Of a stretch of DNA of 52,442 bases, positions 41,219 to 48,562 are shown in pieces. Made by a program: the position numbers and the translations under genes. The stretch lies in assembly GCA_020148055.1 (NCBI GenBank), contig JAHCRF010000003.1, forward strand, positions 1-52,442, written 5' to 3'. The stretch is from Patescibacteria group bacterium. GTDB lineage: Bacteria; Patescibacteriota; Minisyncoccia; Minisyncoccales; JAHCRE01. The notes below the pieces were generated by a model, which was not told where the DNA came from, did no database searches, and worked only from the letters and a program-made list of their open reading frames with translations. The first letter of the stretch is position 1, and each line of letters begins with the position of its first letter.

Positions 41219-41962
41219 ATGTATAACTTCAAAAACAAAGTAGTCCTAATTACCGGCGCTGCCCAAGGAATAGGAAAGGCGATTTCTCTAAAATTTGCCT
41301 CATTTGGAGCAAAATTGGCTCTAAATGACATTTTTACTCAGGAAGAAAATCTAAAAAAAGTGATTTCAGAAATCGGAGAAAAAAGTGAAGCACGCTATTT
41401 TTTAGCCGATGTTTCCAAATTAGAGGAGGTGAAAAAAATGATTCAAGATATTAAAAAAGAATTTGGCAGATTAGATGTTTTGGTCAATAATGCTGGAATC
41501 ATCCGGGATAGAACCTTAGCTAAAATGACAAAAGAAGAATGGCAGAAAGTTATTGATGTTGATTTAACCGGGATTTTCAACTGCTCCAAAACGGCCCTAC
41601 CTCTTCTTGTTCCAAATCAGGGGAAAATTATTAATATCTCCTCGGTTGTTGGTCAAAGAGGAAATTTTGGTCAGACAAATTATGCTGCAGCAAAAGCTGG
41701 AGTAATTGGCTTCACTAAAGCCCTGAGCAAAGAGGTGGGAAGATTTGGAGTGAGGGTCAACGCCATCGCGCCCGGTTTCATTGAAACAAAAATGGCTGAA
41801 GGAGTTCCTGATAAAATGAAAACTATAATCAAACAACTAACTTCTCTCGGTAGATTTGGAAAACCAGAAGAGGTTGCTAATGCTGTAATATTTTTAGCCT
41901 CAGATGAAGCCAGCTTTATTACCGGCGCAATTCTGAATCTTGATGGTGGATTGGCAATCTAA
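41219..41962 (+). CDS. fabG: 3-oxoacyl-(ACP/CoA) reductase, SDR family
   Basis: 247 aa. TGAAQGIG cofactor motif, NNAGI, catalytic S...YAAAK, and a typical FabG C-terminus (ITGAILNLDGGLAI). Confidence 0.9.
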   Translation: MYNFKNKVVLITGAAQGIGKAISLKFASFGAKLALNDIFTQEENLKKVISEIGEKSEARYFLADVSKLEEVKKMIQDIKKEFGRLDVLVNNAGIIRDRTLAKMTKEEWQKVIDVDLTGIFNCSKTALPLLVPNQGKIINISSVVGQRGNFGQTNYAAAKAGVIGFTKALSKEVGRFGVRVNAIAPGFIETKMAEGVPDKMKTIIKQLTSLGRFGKPEEVANAVIFLASDEASFITGAILNLDGGLAI

Positions 41963-41974
41963 TCTTTTTTAAAA

Positions 41975-42481
41975 ATGAATAAAGACTACAACCCACCCAC
42001 CACATCCTCCCCGAGCAAACTCGGGGCCCCTGAAATAAAAAAGATTATTCCTTATGATGATCCTTTTTTATTTGTGGATGGAGTAGAAGAAATTGGTGAA
42101 AATTTTATCATAGGTCACAAACAAACAAAGCCTGAAGATTATTTCTTTAAGGGCCATTTTGTTGATTTCCCAATAATGCCAGGGGTTTTAGTTGTTGAAG
42201 CAATTGCCCAGCTTTCGAGTATTTTATTACGTCGAAAAATTGGCAAAGACCACCAAAAAAAACATATCTTAGCCTACCAGGTTAAAAATGCCTCTTTTTA
42301 CAAACCAATTTTTCCAGGAGATAAAATCATTTTAAAGGCAAAAGTTTTAAATATTATTGATGAAAAAATCTCCAAAATTTTAGGCTCAGCTCTTGTTGGT
42401 AATGAGCCAAAATGTGAAGTAAGATTTATTTGCGCTATCATTGATAAAAAGGAATTTGAAGAAAAATACAGAAGTAAGTGA
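41975..42481 (+). CDS. fabZ: 3-hydroxyacyl-(ACP/CoA) dehydratase FabZ
   Basis: 168 aa. PYDDPFLFVD and HFVDFPIMPGVLVVEAIAQ hot-dog motifs. It has an unusual N-terminal extension of about 20 aa that contains repeat copy Z. Confidence 0.85.
   Translation: MNKDYNPPTTSSPSKLGAPEIKKIIPYDDPFLFVDGVEEIGENFIIGHKQTKPEDYFFKGHFVDFPIMPGVLVVEAIAQLSSILLRRKIGKDHQKKHILAYQVKNASFYKPIFPGDKIILKAKVLNIIDEKISKILGSALVGNEPKCEVRFICAIIDKKEFEEKYRSK
41984..42031 (+). repeat. C-rich repeat family 3, copy Z (at the fabZ 5' end)
   Basis: gactacaacccacccaccacatcctccccgagcaaactcggggcccct with internal hairpin ccccgag/ctcgggg. It is read in a different frame (DYNPPTTSSPSKLGAP) from copy Y. Confidence 0.6.
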
Positions 42482-42483
42482 AA

Positions 42484-43425
42484 ATGTTTGAGAAAAATAA
42501 ATTAACAAAACTTTTGGGAATTCAGTATCCAGTTATTCAAGGAGGAATGGCTGGCATCTCTGAAGCCAATTTGGTTTCAGCGGTTTCTAATGCCGGGGGC
42601 TTAGGAACAATTGGCGCAGGACTTATGCCAGATACTTGGTTAAGAGAAGAAATTAAAAAAACAAAGCAGCGAACTGAAAACCCTTTTGCTATTAATCTTT
42701 TTATCCAAAATCCCAAACTAGAAAATTTAGTAAAAATAATAATTGAAGAAAAAGTTCCTATTGTTTTTACTGGTGGAGGCAATCCCCTGCCCCTATTTCC
42801 TTATTTCAAGAAAGCAGGAATAAAAATTATTCCCGTAGTTCCTTCTCCGAGATTGGCAAAGAAAATGGAAGAAAATGATGCAGACGCGGTAGTTGTTGAG
42901 GGATCGGAGTCGGGAGGTCATATTGGAGAGTGTACCACTTTTGTTTTAATTCCACAGACTAAGAAAATTTTAACAAAAATCCCCCTAATTGCAGCCGGGG
43001 GAATTTATGATGGAAAAACAGCAGCTGCCGCTTTTTTGTTAGGAGCCGATGGCATCCAAATGGGAACCAGATTTTTAGCCAGCAAAGAATGTCAGATTCA
43101 CACAGACTACAAAAAAAAGATTTTAGAGGCAACGACTGACGAAATAAAAGTTGTTCTCCGCTTTACCGGTCATCCCTTAAGAGTAATCGAGAACCAGCTC
43201 TCTGAAGAGTGGCAGAAATTGGAAGAAAAAGGGGCCTTTCCAGAAGAAATAAAAGCTCAAAAAATAGTTAGTGGGAGAATAACCTCAGGTGATATTGAAA
43301 AAACACCCCTTTTAGCTGGATTTTCAGCTGGTGGAATTGCAGACATTAAAAGCTGCAAAGAAATAATTGAAGAAATTATAAAAGAAATGAAAGAAACAAT
43401 TAGAGAGTTGAGCGAAAATTTATGA
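42484..43425 (+). CDS. fabK: Enoyl-(ACP/CoA) reductase FabK-type (FMN, NPD/nitronate monooxygenase fold)
   Basis: ATG at 42484 (the track start at 42478 is GTG). LGIQYPVIQGGMAGIS, VVEGSESGGHIG and AAGGIYDG motifs. Confidence 0.8.
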   Translation: MFEKNKLTKLLGIQYPVIQGGMAGISEANLVSAVSNAGGLGTIGAGLMPDTWLREEIKKTKQRTENPFAINLFIQNPKLENLVKIIIEEKVPIVFTGGGNPLPLFPYFKKAGIKIIPVVPSPRLAKKMEENDADAVVVEGSESGGHIGECTTFVLIPQTKKILTKIPLIAAGGIYDGKTAAAAFLLGADGIQMGTRFLASKECQIHTDYKKKILEATTDEIKVVLRFTGHPLRVIENQLSEEWQKLEEKGAFPEEIKAQKIVSGRITSGDIEKTPLLAGFSAGGIADIKSCKEIIEEIIKEMKETIRELSENL

Positions 43426-44099
43426 ATCTTTTTGTATCTTATTTTTGTAAAATTTTTCTCCAACCAATAGTTGGAAAATTATTTATTAAAGAAGTTAAGG
43501 ACAGACAAAATATACCAAAAAGAAATTTTATTCTAGCTGCAAATCATCAGAGCCATCTAGATCAAATAGCAACAGGTTTCTTGTGTGTACCAAGAAGATA
43601 TCATTATCTCGGTCAAACTGACAGTTATACAGGATTTACCAAACTATTTTTATATATTTTGTATTTTATCGCCGGGGTTATCCATGTAAATAGAAAAAAG
43701 GAGGAATCCAGGAAAAGAGCAGCAGAGCAAGCTATTGAAGCCCTAAAAAAAGGGGCTTCTCTTGTAATTTATCCTGAGGGAACAAGAACAAGGACAGGAG
43801 AGATTCAATCGGGAAGATTGGGAGTGGCAAAAATTTTTTTAAAAACTGGAGTCCCAATTTTACCAGTTGGAATTGAGGGAACTTTCGAATTAATGCCCCC
43901 TGGTAAAAGTTTTCCGGAAATAAAAAGAATAGTTAAAATCAATATTGGAAAGCCTCTCTTTTTTAAAAAAGAATTTTTTGAAGCAAAAAAAATAAAAGAG
44001 AACTCAATTGAATATCAGAAAATTTTAAAAAAAATTACCAATAAGATAATGGATGAAATTTCTTTTTTAGCTAACAAAAATAAGCTAAATTTAACTTGA
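43422..44099 (+). CDS. plsC: 1-acyl-sn-glycerol-3-phosphate acyltransferase
   Basis: 225 aa. HX4D block (ANHQSHLD) and YPEGTRTRTG block. ATGA overlap with fabK. Confidence 0.85.
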   Translation: MNLFVSYFCKIFLQPIVGKLFIKEVKDRQNIPKRNFILAANHQSHLDQIATGFLCVPRRYHYLGQTDSYTGFTKLFLYILYFIAGVIHVNRKKEESRKRAAEQAIEALKKGASLVIYPEGTRTRTGEIQSGRLGVAKIFLKTGVPILPVGIEGTFELMPPGKSFPEIKRIVKINIGKPLFFKKEFFEAKKIKENSIEYQKILKKITNKIMDEISFLANKNKLNLT

Positions 44100-44684
44100 T
44101 CTTATGATAAAAAATATTCTCTGTATGGCAGTAAAGTTAGAAAAAATGGCAAAAATTATTAAAAGATAAATTAACCAAGAGAGGTTAAAAATACCCAAAA
44201 CCATTGAAAGAAAAATTAAAATCATTCTCTCTGGTCTTCCAAAAAGACCTTTTTTAAATTCTTTTTCTACTACTCTTTTTTCAAGAGCTGCTGCCTTTGA
44301 GTAAGTAGTCATTAAGGATCCAAAAAGGCAAAGAAAAATCCAGAAATTGGCTGAAAAAAGAAAATCAGGAAGAGGTAAAAACAAAAAGCCCAAAATCACC
44401 ATTCCTTCCACATATCGATCGCAAATTGTATCTAAATAGGCTCCCAATTTTGTTATTTTTTGGGAAGCTCTAGCCACTGCTCCGTCAATAAAATCGGAAA
44501 AAGAAGCTAGAAGAAGAAAGAAAATTGCCAAAATCAAATTATTTGTGGCTAAAAAGAGAAAACAAAAAAAACTAAATAAAAGAGAAATTAGAGTAAAGAA
44601 ATTTGGATGAATTTTAGATTTAGAAAAAAACAGCCCTACCTTTTCAGAAATTAATTTAAATTTTTCTCGTCTTTCCTCTAACAT
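44091..44684 (-). CDS. CDP-alcohol phosphatidyltransferase
   Basis: 197 aa. DFIDGAVAR-x8-G-x3-D-x3-D signature (DFIDGAVARASQKITKLGAYLDTICDR) and multiple TM helices. Confidence 0.85.
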   Translation of the reverse strand: MLEERREKFKLISEKVGLFFSKSKIHPNFFTLISLLFSFFCFLFLATNNLILAIFFLLLASFSDFIDGAVARASQKITKLGAYLDTICDRYVEGMVILGFLFLPLPDFLFSANFWIFLCLFGSLMTTYSKAAALEKRVVEKEFKKGLFGRPERMILIFLSMVLGIFNLSWLIYLLIIFAIFSNFTAIQRIFFIIRSS

Positions 44685-44699
44685 TTAGCTTTTGTAAAA

Positions 44700-44787
44700 T
44701 TTACCCGGTAGTACAACTCGTTTTTAACATTGATTTAGTTAATCTCGCTCCGGTTATGGCAATAGCGCTGTTGTCCTACCGGGTTTA
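44700..44787 (-). repeat. Inverted-repeat element family 1, copy 3 (long form)
   Basis: ttta-cccggtagtacaac ... gttgtcctaccggg-ttta. The distal TTTA overlaps the TAA stop of the PHP gene, and the interior differs from copy 1. Confidence 0.7.
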
Positions 44788-45459
44788 TCTTTTCAGATTC
44801 TTAAATTTAGCGATATTCCTTTTTAGATGGTCTCCTAATTTTTCCCAAAAGGAAATTCCCTCAAAACCAACCTTAACATTTCTTTTTCTTATTTCTTCTA
44901 AAACTTCGCTGGCAGATAAATTTTCTTTTGGAATTTCCAGATAGGCTTTACCAATAAAATCTACTGAATGAGCATCAGAACCGGCAGTAAAGGGAAGATT
45001 AAATTTTTCAGCGAATTCCAGAGCTTCTATATTGCAGAAATTAAAAAACAAGGAAGCATTAAAGACCTCAATAGCTACTCCTTTTTCTTGAAAGAAATCT
45101 TTATATTTCTCAATTTCTTTAAAACCCAAAAAATAATCAAAAGGGTGAGCAATTGCTGCTAGCCCCCCTTGATCAATTATTCTTTTTATTGTTTCTCTAA
45201 CTGACAGCCCATCAGGGATTTCTTTTTGAATACCCAAACCCAAAACCTCACCTTCTTTAGCTCTGCTTTCAATTCCTGGAATAACCAAAATGGGTTTTCC
45301 TTTAGCAAAACGGAGGGCTTCAATTGCCCCCTTTATTTCTCCATGATCGCAAATGCAGATGCAATCAATTTTTTTTGAGATAGCCGCATTAACAACTTCT
45401 TCTGGAAAAGGAAGACCGTCATAGGAAAAATTAGTATGCATGTGCAAATCAGCTTTCAT
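44785..45459 (-). CDS. PHP-domain metal-dependent phosphoesterase
   Basis: 224 aa. MKADLHMHTNFSYDG start, later CDHG, AHP and GSDAH metal-ligand motifs. Confidence 0.8.
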   Translation of the reverse strand: MKADLHMHTNFSYDGLPFPEEVVNAAISKKIDCICICDHGEIKGAIEALRFAKGKPILVIPGIESRAKEGEVLGLGIQKEIPDGLSVRETIKRIIDQGGLAAIAHPFDYFLGFKEIEKYKDFFQEKGVAIEVFNASLFFNFCNIEALEFAEKFNLPFTAGSDAHSVDFIGKAYLEIPKENLSASEVLEEIRKRNVKVGFEGISFWEKLGDHLKRNIAKFKNLKR

Positions 45460-45463
45460 AATA

Positions 45464-46123
45464 TTAAGGAAGTTTTTCTTTCCACTCTTCTAAGATTTTT
45501 TTGGCAACCTCTCTACCGCCTAAACCAAAAGCAATTCCACAAGCTAAAACGATTAATCCCAAAATGGCAATGAAAAGGCTTAAAATCAAATTAGGTACTA
45601 TTTGGAGTTGGTATAAAATGGCCAAAGTTGCTAAAACCCAAATTGCCCGGCGAGCTCCCACCCCGAGGAATCTTGAATAAGTGAGCTCAGTTTTTCTATC
45701 TGTTTTTTTGGCAGTGGCAAGAAAAATCCGATAAGTGAAATCAACTAAAAAGACAGTAACAATGAAAATTAGTGAAGCAATAAGGATATTTGGAAAATAA
45801 TTCACAATTCTTTCTAAAAATTGGCTAAATTGGGAAAGCCCGACAATCTCAAAAACCATCATCAAAAAAATAATCAAAACCAAGTATTTGGTAATCTCAC
45901 CAAAAAATTTAGCCATATCAAGTTTCATTTCCGCTCGGGCAAAAGCTTCCTTCCAACCCAATCTTTTCATTATCTGGTTAAGACGGATTTTATTTAAGAA
46001 ATCCCTCACTATTTTACTGACAATCTTAGAAATAATGATACCTACTATCAAAACTAAAAATGCTCCTAAAACCTGGACTAAAACTACCCGATTAATTTCT
46101 GGAAAAATAGAAAAATCAAACAT
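45464..46123 (-). CDS. Membrane protein with conserved TM-helix repeats (MscS-associated type)
   Basis: ATG at 46123 (the track start at 46180 is GTG and overlaps the upstream gene). Several TM helices separated by short amphipathic linkers. Confidence 0.55.
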   Translation of the reverse strand: MFDFSIFPEINRVVLVQVLGAFLVLIVGIIISKIVSKIVRDFLNKIRLNQIMKRLGWKEAFARAEMKLDMAKFFGEITKYLVLIIFLMMVFEIVGLSQFSQFLERIVNYFPNILIASLIFIVTVFLVDFTYRIFLATAKKTDRKTELTYSRFLGVGARRAIWVLATLAILYQLQIVPNLILSLFIAILGLIVLACGIAFGLGGREVAKKILEEWKEKLP

Positions 46124-46163
46124 ATTATTTAAGTATACCTTTTTTAAAAAAAAAGCAAAATTT

Positions 46164-46718
46164 TTAGATCTTACTATCACTAATTTTCAACCAAAAACCA
46201 ATTCTATTTACAATGATATGTAAAAGAAAACTAAGAAAAAGAATGTAAAAGAAAGCTAAAATTTGAATTTTAAAAAAGGGGCTAACTAATACAAAGGAGC
46301 CGATGACAAAACTTATTTGGTCAAAAGGAATCCAAGATTTTCCCGGGTCAATTTTCTGTCTTCTCTTTAAAAAACTAGAAATCAAATCTCCCAATAAAGC
46401 TCCAAAAGAAAGTAAGAAACCAAGGAAAAAGACATTAATTTCCTGATAATTAAAGAAGCTTAATTTTTTAAAAAAGGGAAATTGCCAAAGGAATCTTTGA
46501 AGGAAAGTTACTAAAATACCAATTAAAACTCCTAGAATTATCCCCCGCCAAGTTTTATGATGACCAAGAATCGGAAATCCTTGATATTTCTTTCCAAAAT
46601 CAACCGGTTTTGCTAAGGATTTCAAAACGCCAGCTTTTTTAGCAAAAGTTGGAGTCATATTAGCAAAATAGGCAGGAAGAAAAAAGTAAAGGCACCGGAG
46701 AATAAAAATCCAATCCAT
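46164..46718 (-). CDS. CarS-like (CDP-archaeol synthase family / DUF46) CTP:lipid cytidylyltransferase
   Basis: ATG at 46718 (the track start at 46733 is TTG). LPAYFANMTP, PVDFGK, ILGHHKTWRG, FGALLGDLISSFLKRR and PFDQ motifs parallel archaeal CarS as I recall it. Confidence 0.65.
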   Translation of the reverse strand: MDWIFILRCLYFFLPAYFANMTPTFAKKAGVLKSLAKPVDFGKKYQGFPILGHHKTWRGIILGVLIGILVTFLQRFLWQFPFFKKLSFFNYQEINVFFLGFLLSFGALLGDLISSFLKRRQKIDPGKSWIPFDQISFVIGSFVLVSPFFKIQILAFFYILFLSFLLHIIVNRIGFWLKISDSKI

Positions 46719-46757
46719 AAGAAATTTGTCCAATAGAAAGGAACCTCACTATTGGAT

Positions 46758-47219
46758 TTATTTTAATTCAACTTTTGCTCCGGCTGTTTCCAATCTTTTC
46801 TTCATCTCTTCAGCCTCCTCTTTCTTAACATTTTCTTTAATTAGCTGGGGACCAGAAGCTGTACCATCAACTAAATCCTTTGACTCTTTCAAACCCCTTC
46901 CAGTAATATCACGAACTGCCTTAATTACTTCTATCTTTTTATCTCCTATCTCTTTCAAGAAAACACTAAAAATAGTCTTTTCTTCAGTAGGCGCCGCTGC
47001 CGGGGCAACTGGGACAGGAGCTGCAGCTACTGGCTGAACAGCCGAAACACCAAATCTCTTCTCTAAAATCTTCACCAATTCAGCCAAATCTAAAACTGAC
47101 ATTTTCTCAATCTCTTCAACCAATTTTTTGAATTTTTCTGGAACCTTTACCCTGTTATCTGCTTTAGTAGATTTTTTGGGGTCGATTTTTTTCGGTTCTT
47201 CTTCTTTTTTTTCAACCAT
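46758..47219 (-). CDS. rplL: 50S ribosomal protein L7/L12 with a Lys/Glu-rich N-terminal extension
   Basis: ATG at 47219 (the track start at 47237 is TTG). [20 protein letters not shown]-domain, Ala/Pro hinge, and C-domain [24 protein letters not shown]...AGAKVELK. Confidence 0.9.
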   Translation of the reverse strand: MVEKKEEEPKKIDPKKSTKADNRVKVPEKFKKLVEEIEKMSVLDLAELVKILEKRFGVSAVQPVAAAPVPVAPAAAPTEEKTIFSVFLKEIGDKKIEVIKAVRDITGRGLKESKDLVDGTASGPQLIKENVKKEEAEEMKKRLETAGAKVELK

Positions 47220-47269
47220 GTTTTTAATTTCGAGCAAAGCGAGAAATCAAGGTTCTGCTTTGCAGATTC

Positions 47270-47788
47270 TTATTTTTTAATCGCACTTAAAATAAAAATT
47301 AGGCCTTTTAAATTTCCCTCCAAAATATTAACAAAATTTGAAATTAGAGCTGACACATCCCTGACTAATCTCGCCAAAAGCTCATCCCGAGTAGGAAGTT
47401 GAGCTAAAGTAATTATCTCGCCTGACTCTCTAAATCTTTCTTCAAAATAACCTCCCAATATTTTCAAGTTCGGATTCTCTAAAGAAAACTGATAAGTAAT
47501 CTTAGCTGGTGAAATTGTCTCTTTAAACCCAAAAATAACTGCCATTTGCCCTTTTAATTTTGCTACTTCTCGAAAAAGAGCAGCGTTGTAATCTTTAAGA
47601 ACGAGATTAAGTAAAGTTTTTTTAGCCACTTTTAATTGGCAATTAGCCAACTTCAATTTTTTCCTCAACTCAAAAAGATCTGTTACTTTTAAACCTGTAA
47701 AATTAACAAAAATTGTTATTTTCTGCTTTTCAATCTTTTCCTTTAAATCTTCAATAATTTTTTCTTTTTGAGTTTTAGTTAAAGCCAT
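47270..47788 (-). CDS. rplJ: 50S ribosomal protein L10
   Basis: From ATG 47788: MALTKTQKEKIIEDLKEK. bL10 pattern, immediately upstream of rplL. The upstream in-frame codons lie inside a tandem repeat. Confidence 0.9.
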   Translation of the reverse strand: MALTKTQKEKIIEDLKEKIEKQKITIFVNFTGLKVTDLFELRKKLKLANCQLKVAKKTLLNLVLKDYNAALFREVAKLKGQMAVIFGFKETISPAKITYQFSLENPNLKILGGYFEERFRESGEIITLAQLPTRDELLARLVRDVSALISNFVNILEGNLKGLIFILSAIKK

Positions 47789-47793
47789 AATAT

Positions 47794-47835
47794 CAATAGA
47801 CAATAGACAATAAACAATAGACAATAAATAATAAA
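47794..47835. repeat. Heptamer tandem repeat (CAATAGA/CAATAAA, 6 units) directly upstream of the rplJ start
   Basis: caataga caataga caataaa caataga caataaa taataaa. No SD lies between the repeat and the ATG. Confidence 0.8.
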
Positions 47836-47845
47836 TAAATAATAT

Positions 47846-47935
47846 CTGCTTCCGCAGACATTATTTCTACGAGAATTGTTCTCGTAGAATGTCACCTCGA
47901 TAGGTCTTAAATGCCTATTGTCTGCGGCAAACTCT
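47846..47935 (-). promoter_or_regulatory. Structured rplJ 5' leader (candidate L10 leader autoregulatory RNA)
   Basis: Outer helix ccgcagaca (47852-47860) / tgtctgcgg (47919-47927). Inner perfect 10-bp hairpin tctacgagaa/ttctcgtaga and hairpin ataggcatttaagacctat. GC-richer than its flanks and located upstream of rplJ-rplL. Confidence 0.45.
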
Positions 47936-47955
47936 ATTTCCTATATTACTCTTTT

Positions 47956-48501
47956 TTATTCCTCTGTCAAGGTTTCGATCAAAGCCTGGGCAAATTTCTC
48001 AGCAGCTGCTGGACCATTTCCAGTAATCAATTTTTCATCAACCACTACCAATTCATCTTGATATATTGCTCCCCCTTCTTCTAAAATCCGAACTGGTCCT
48101 CTATCCATTGGGCTTGACCAGACAGTTGCCTTTTTGCTATCAAGAACTCCGGCTTTGGCTAAAATCACCGGCGAAATACAAATTGCTCCCAAAACTTTAT
48201 TTTGTTCCACTGTTTCTTTGGCAACTTTATAAGAACTTTCATTATCTAAATATTGCAAACATCCCGGACCTCCAGTAAAAATTATTGCCTCAAAATCAGC
48301 CGGATTTAAATCTTGAATTAAGAGGTCGACTTGAATATCTCCGCCGTCAGCCCCAACAGCTGTTCCCGATTTAGTACTGACAGTAGTTATTTTTGCTCCG
48401 GCCTTTTCTAAAATCTCTTTTGGAATAAAATATTCGGCATCCCTGAAATCTCTAAAAGCAACAATCATCGCAATTTTTTTGTTTGCCAAAATTTCTGGCA
48501 T
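47956..48501 (-). CDS. DJ-1/PfpI family protein
   Basis: 181 aa with the nucleophile-elbow motif GAICISPVILAKAG and a class I glutamine-amidotransferase-like fold pattern. Confidence 0.85.
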   Translation of the reverse strand: MPEILANKKIAMIVAFRDFRDAEYFIPKEILEKAGAKITTVSTKSGTAVGADGGDIQVDLLIQDLNPADFEAIIFTGGPGCLQYLDNESSYKVAKETVEQNKVLGAICISPVILAKAGVLDSKKATVWSSPMDRGPVRILEEGGAIYQDELVVVDEKLITGNGPAAAEKFAQALIETLTEE

Positions 48502-48562
48502 ATTTTATTAATATAATTTTTTTTTCAACAAAAATCAATATTGAGTGATAAGTGTTCTCGCT

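Noticed and set aside
47794-47835. Tandem short repeats considered as a CRISPR array (also 10397-10430).
   Set aside because: The units are 7 nt and contiguous, with no spacers. No 25-40 nt repeat/spacer periodicity and no cas genes occur anywhere in the window.
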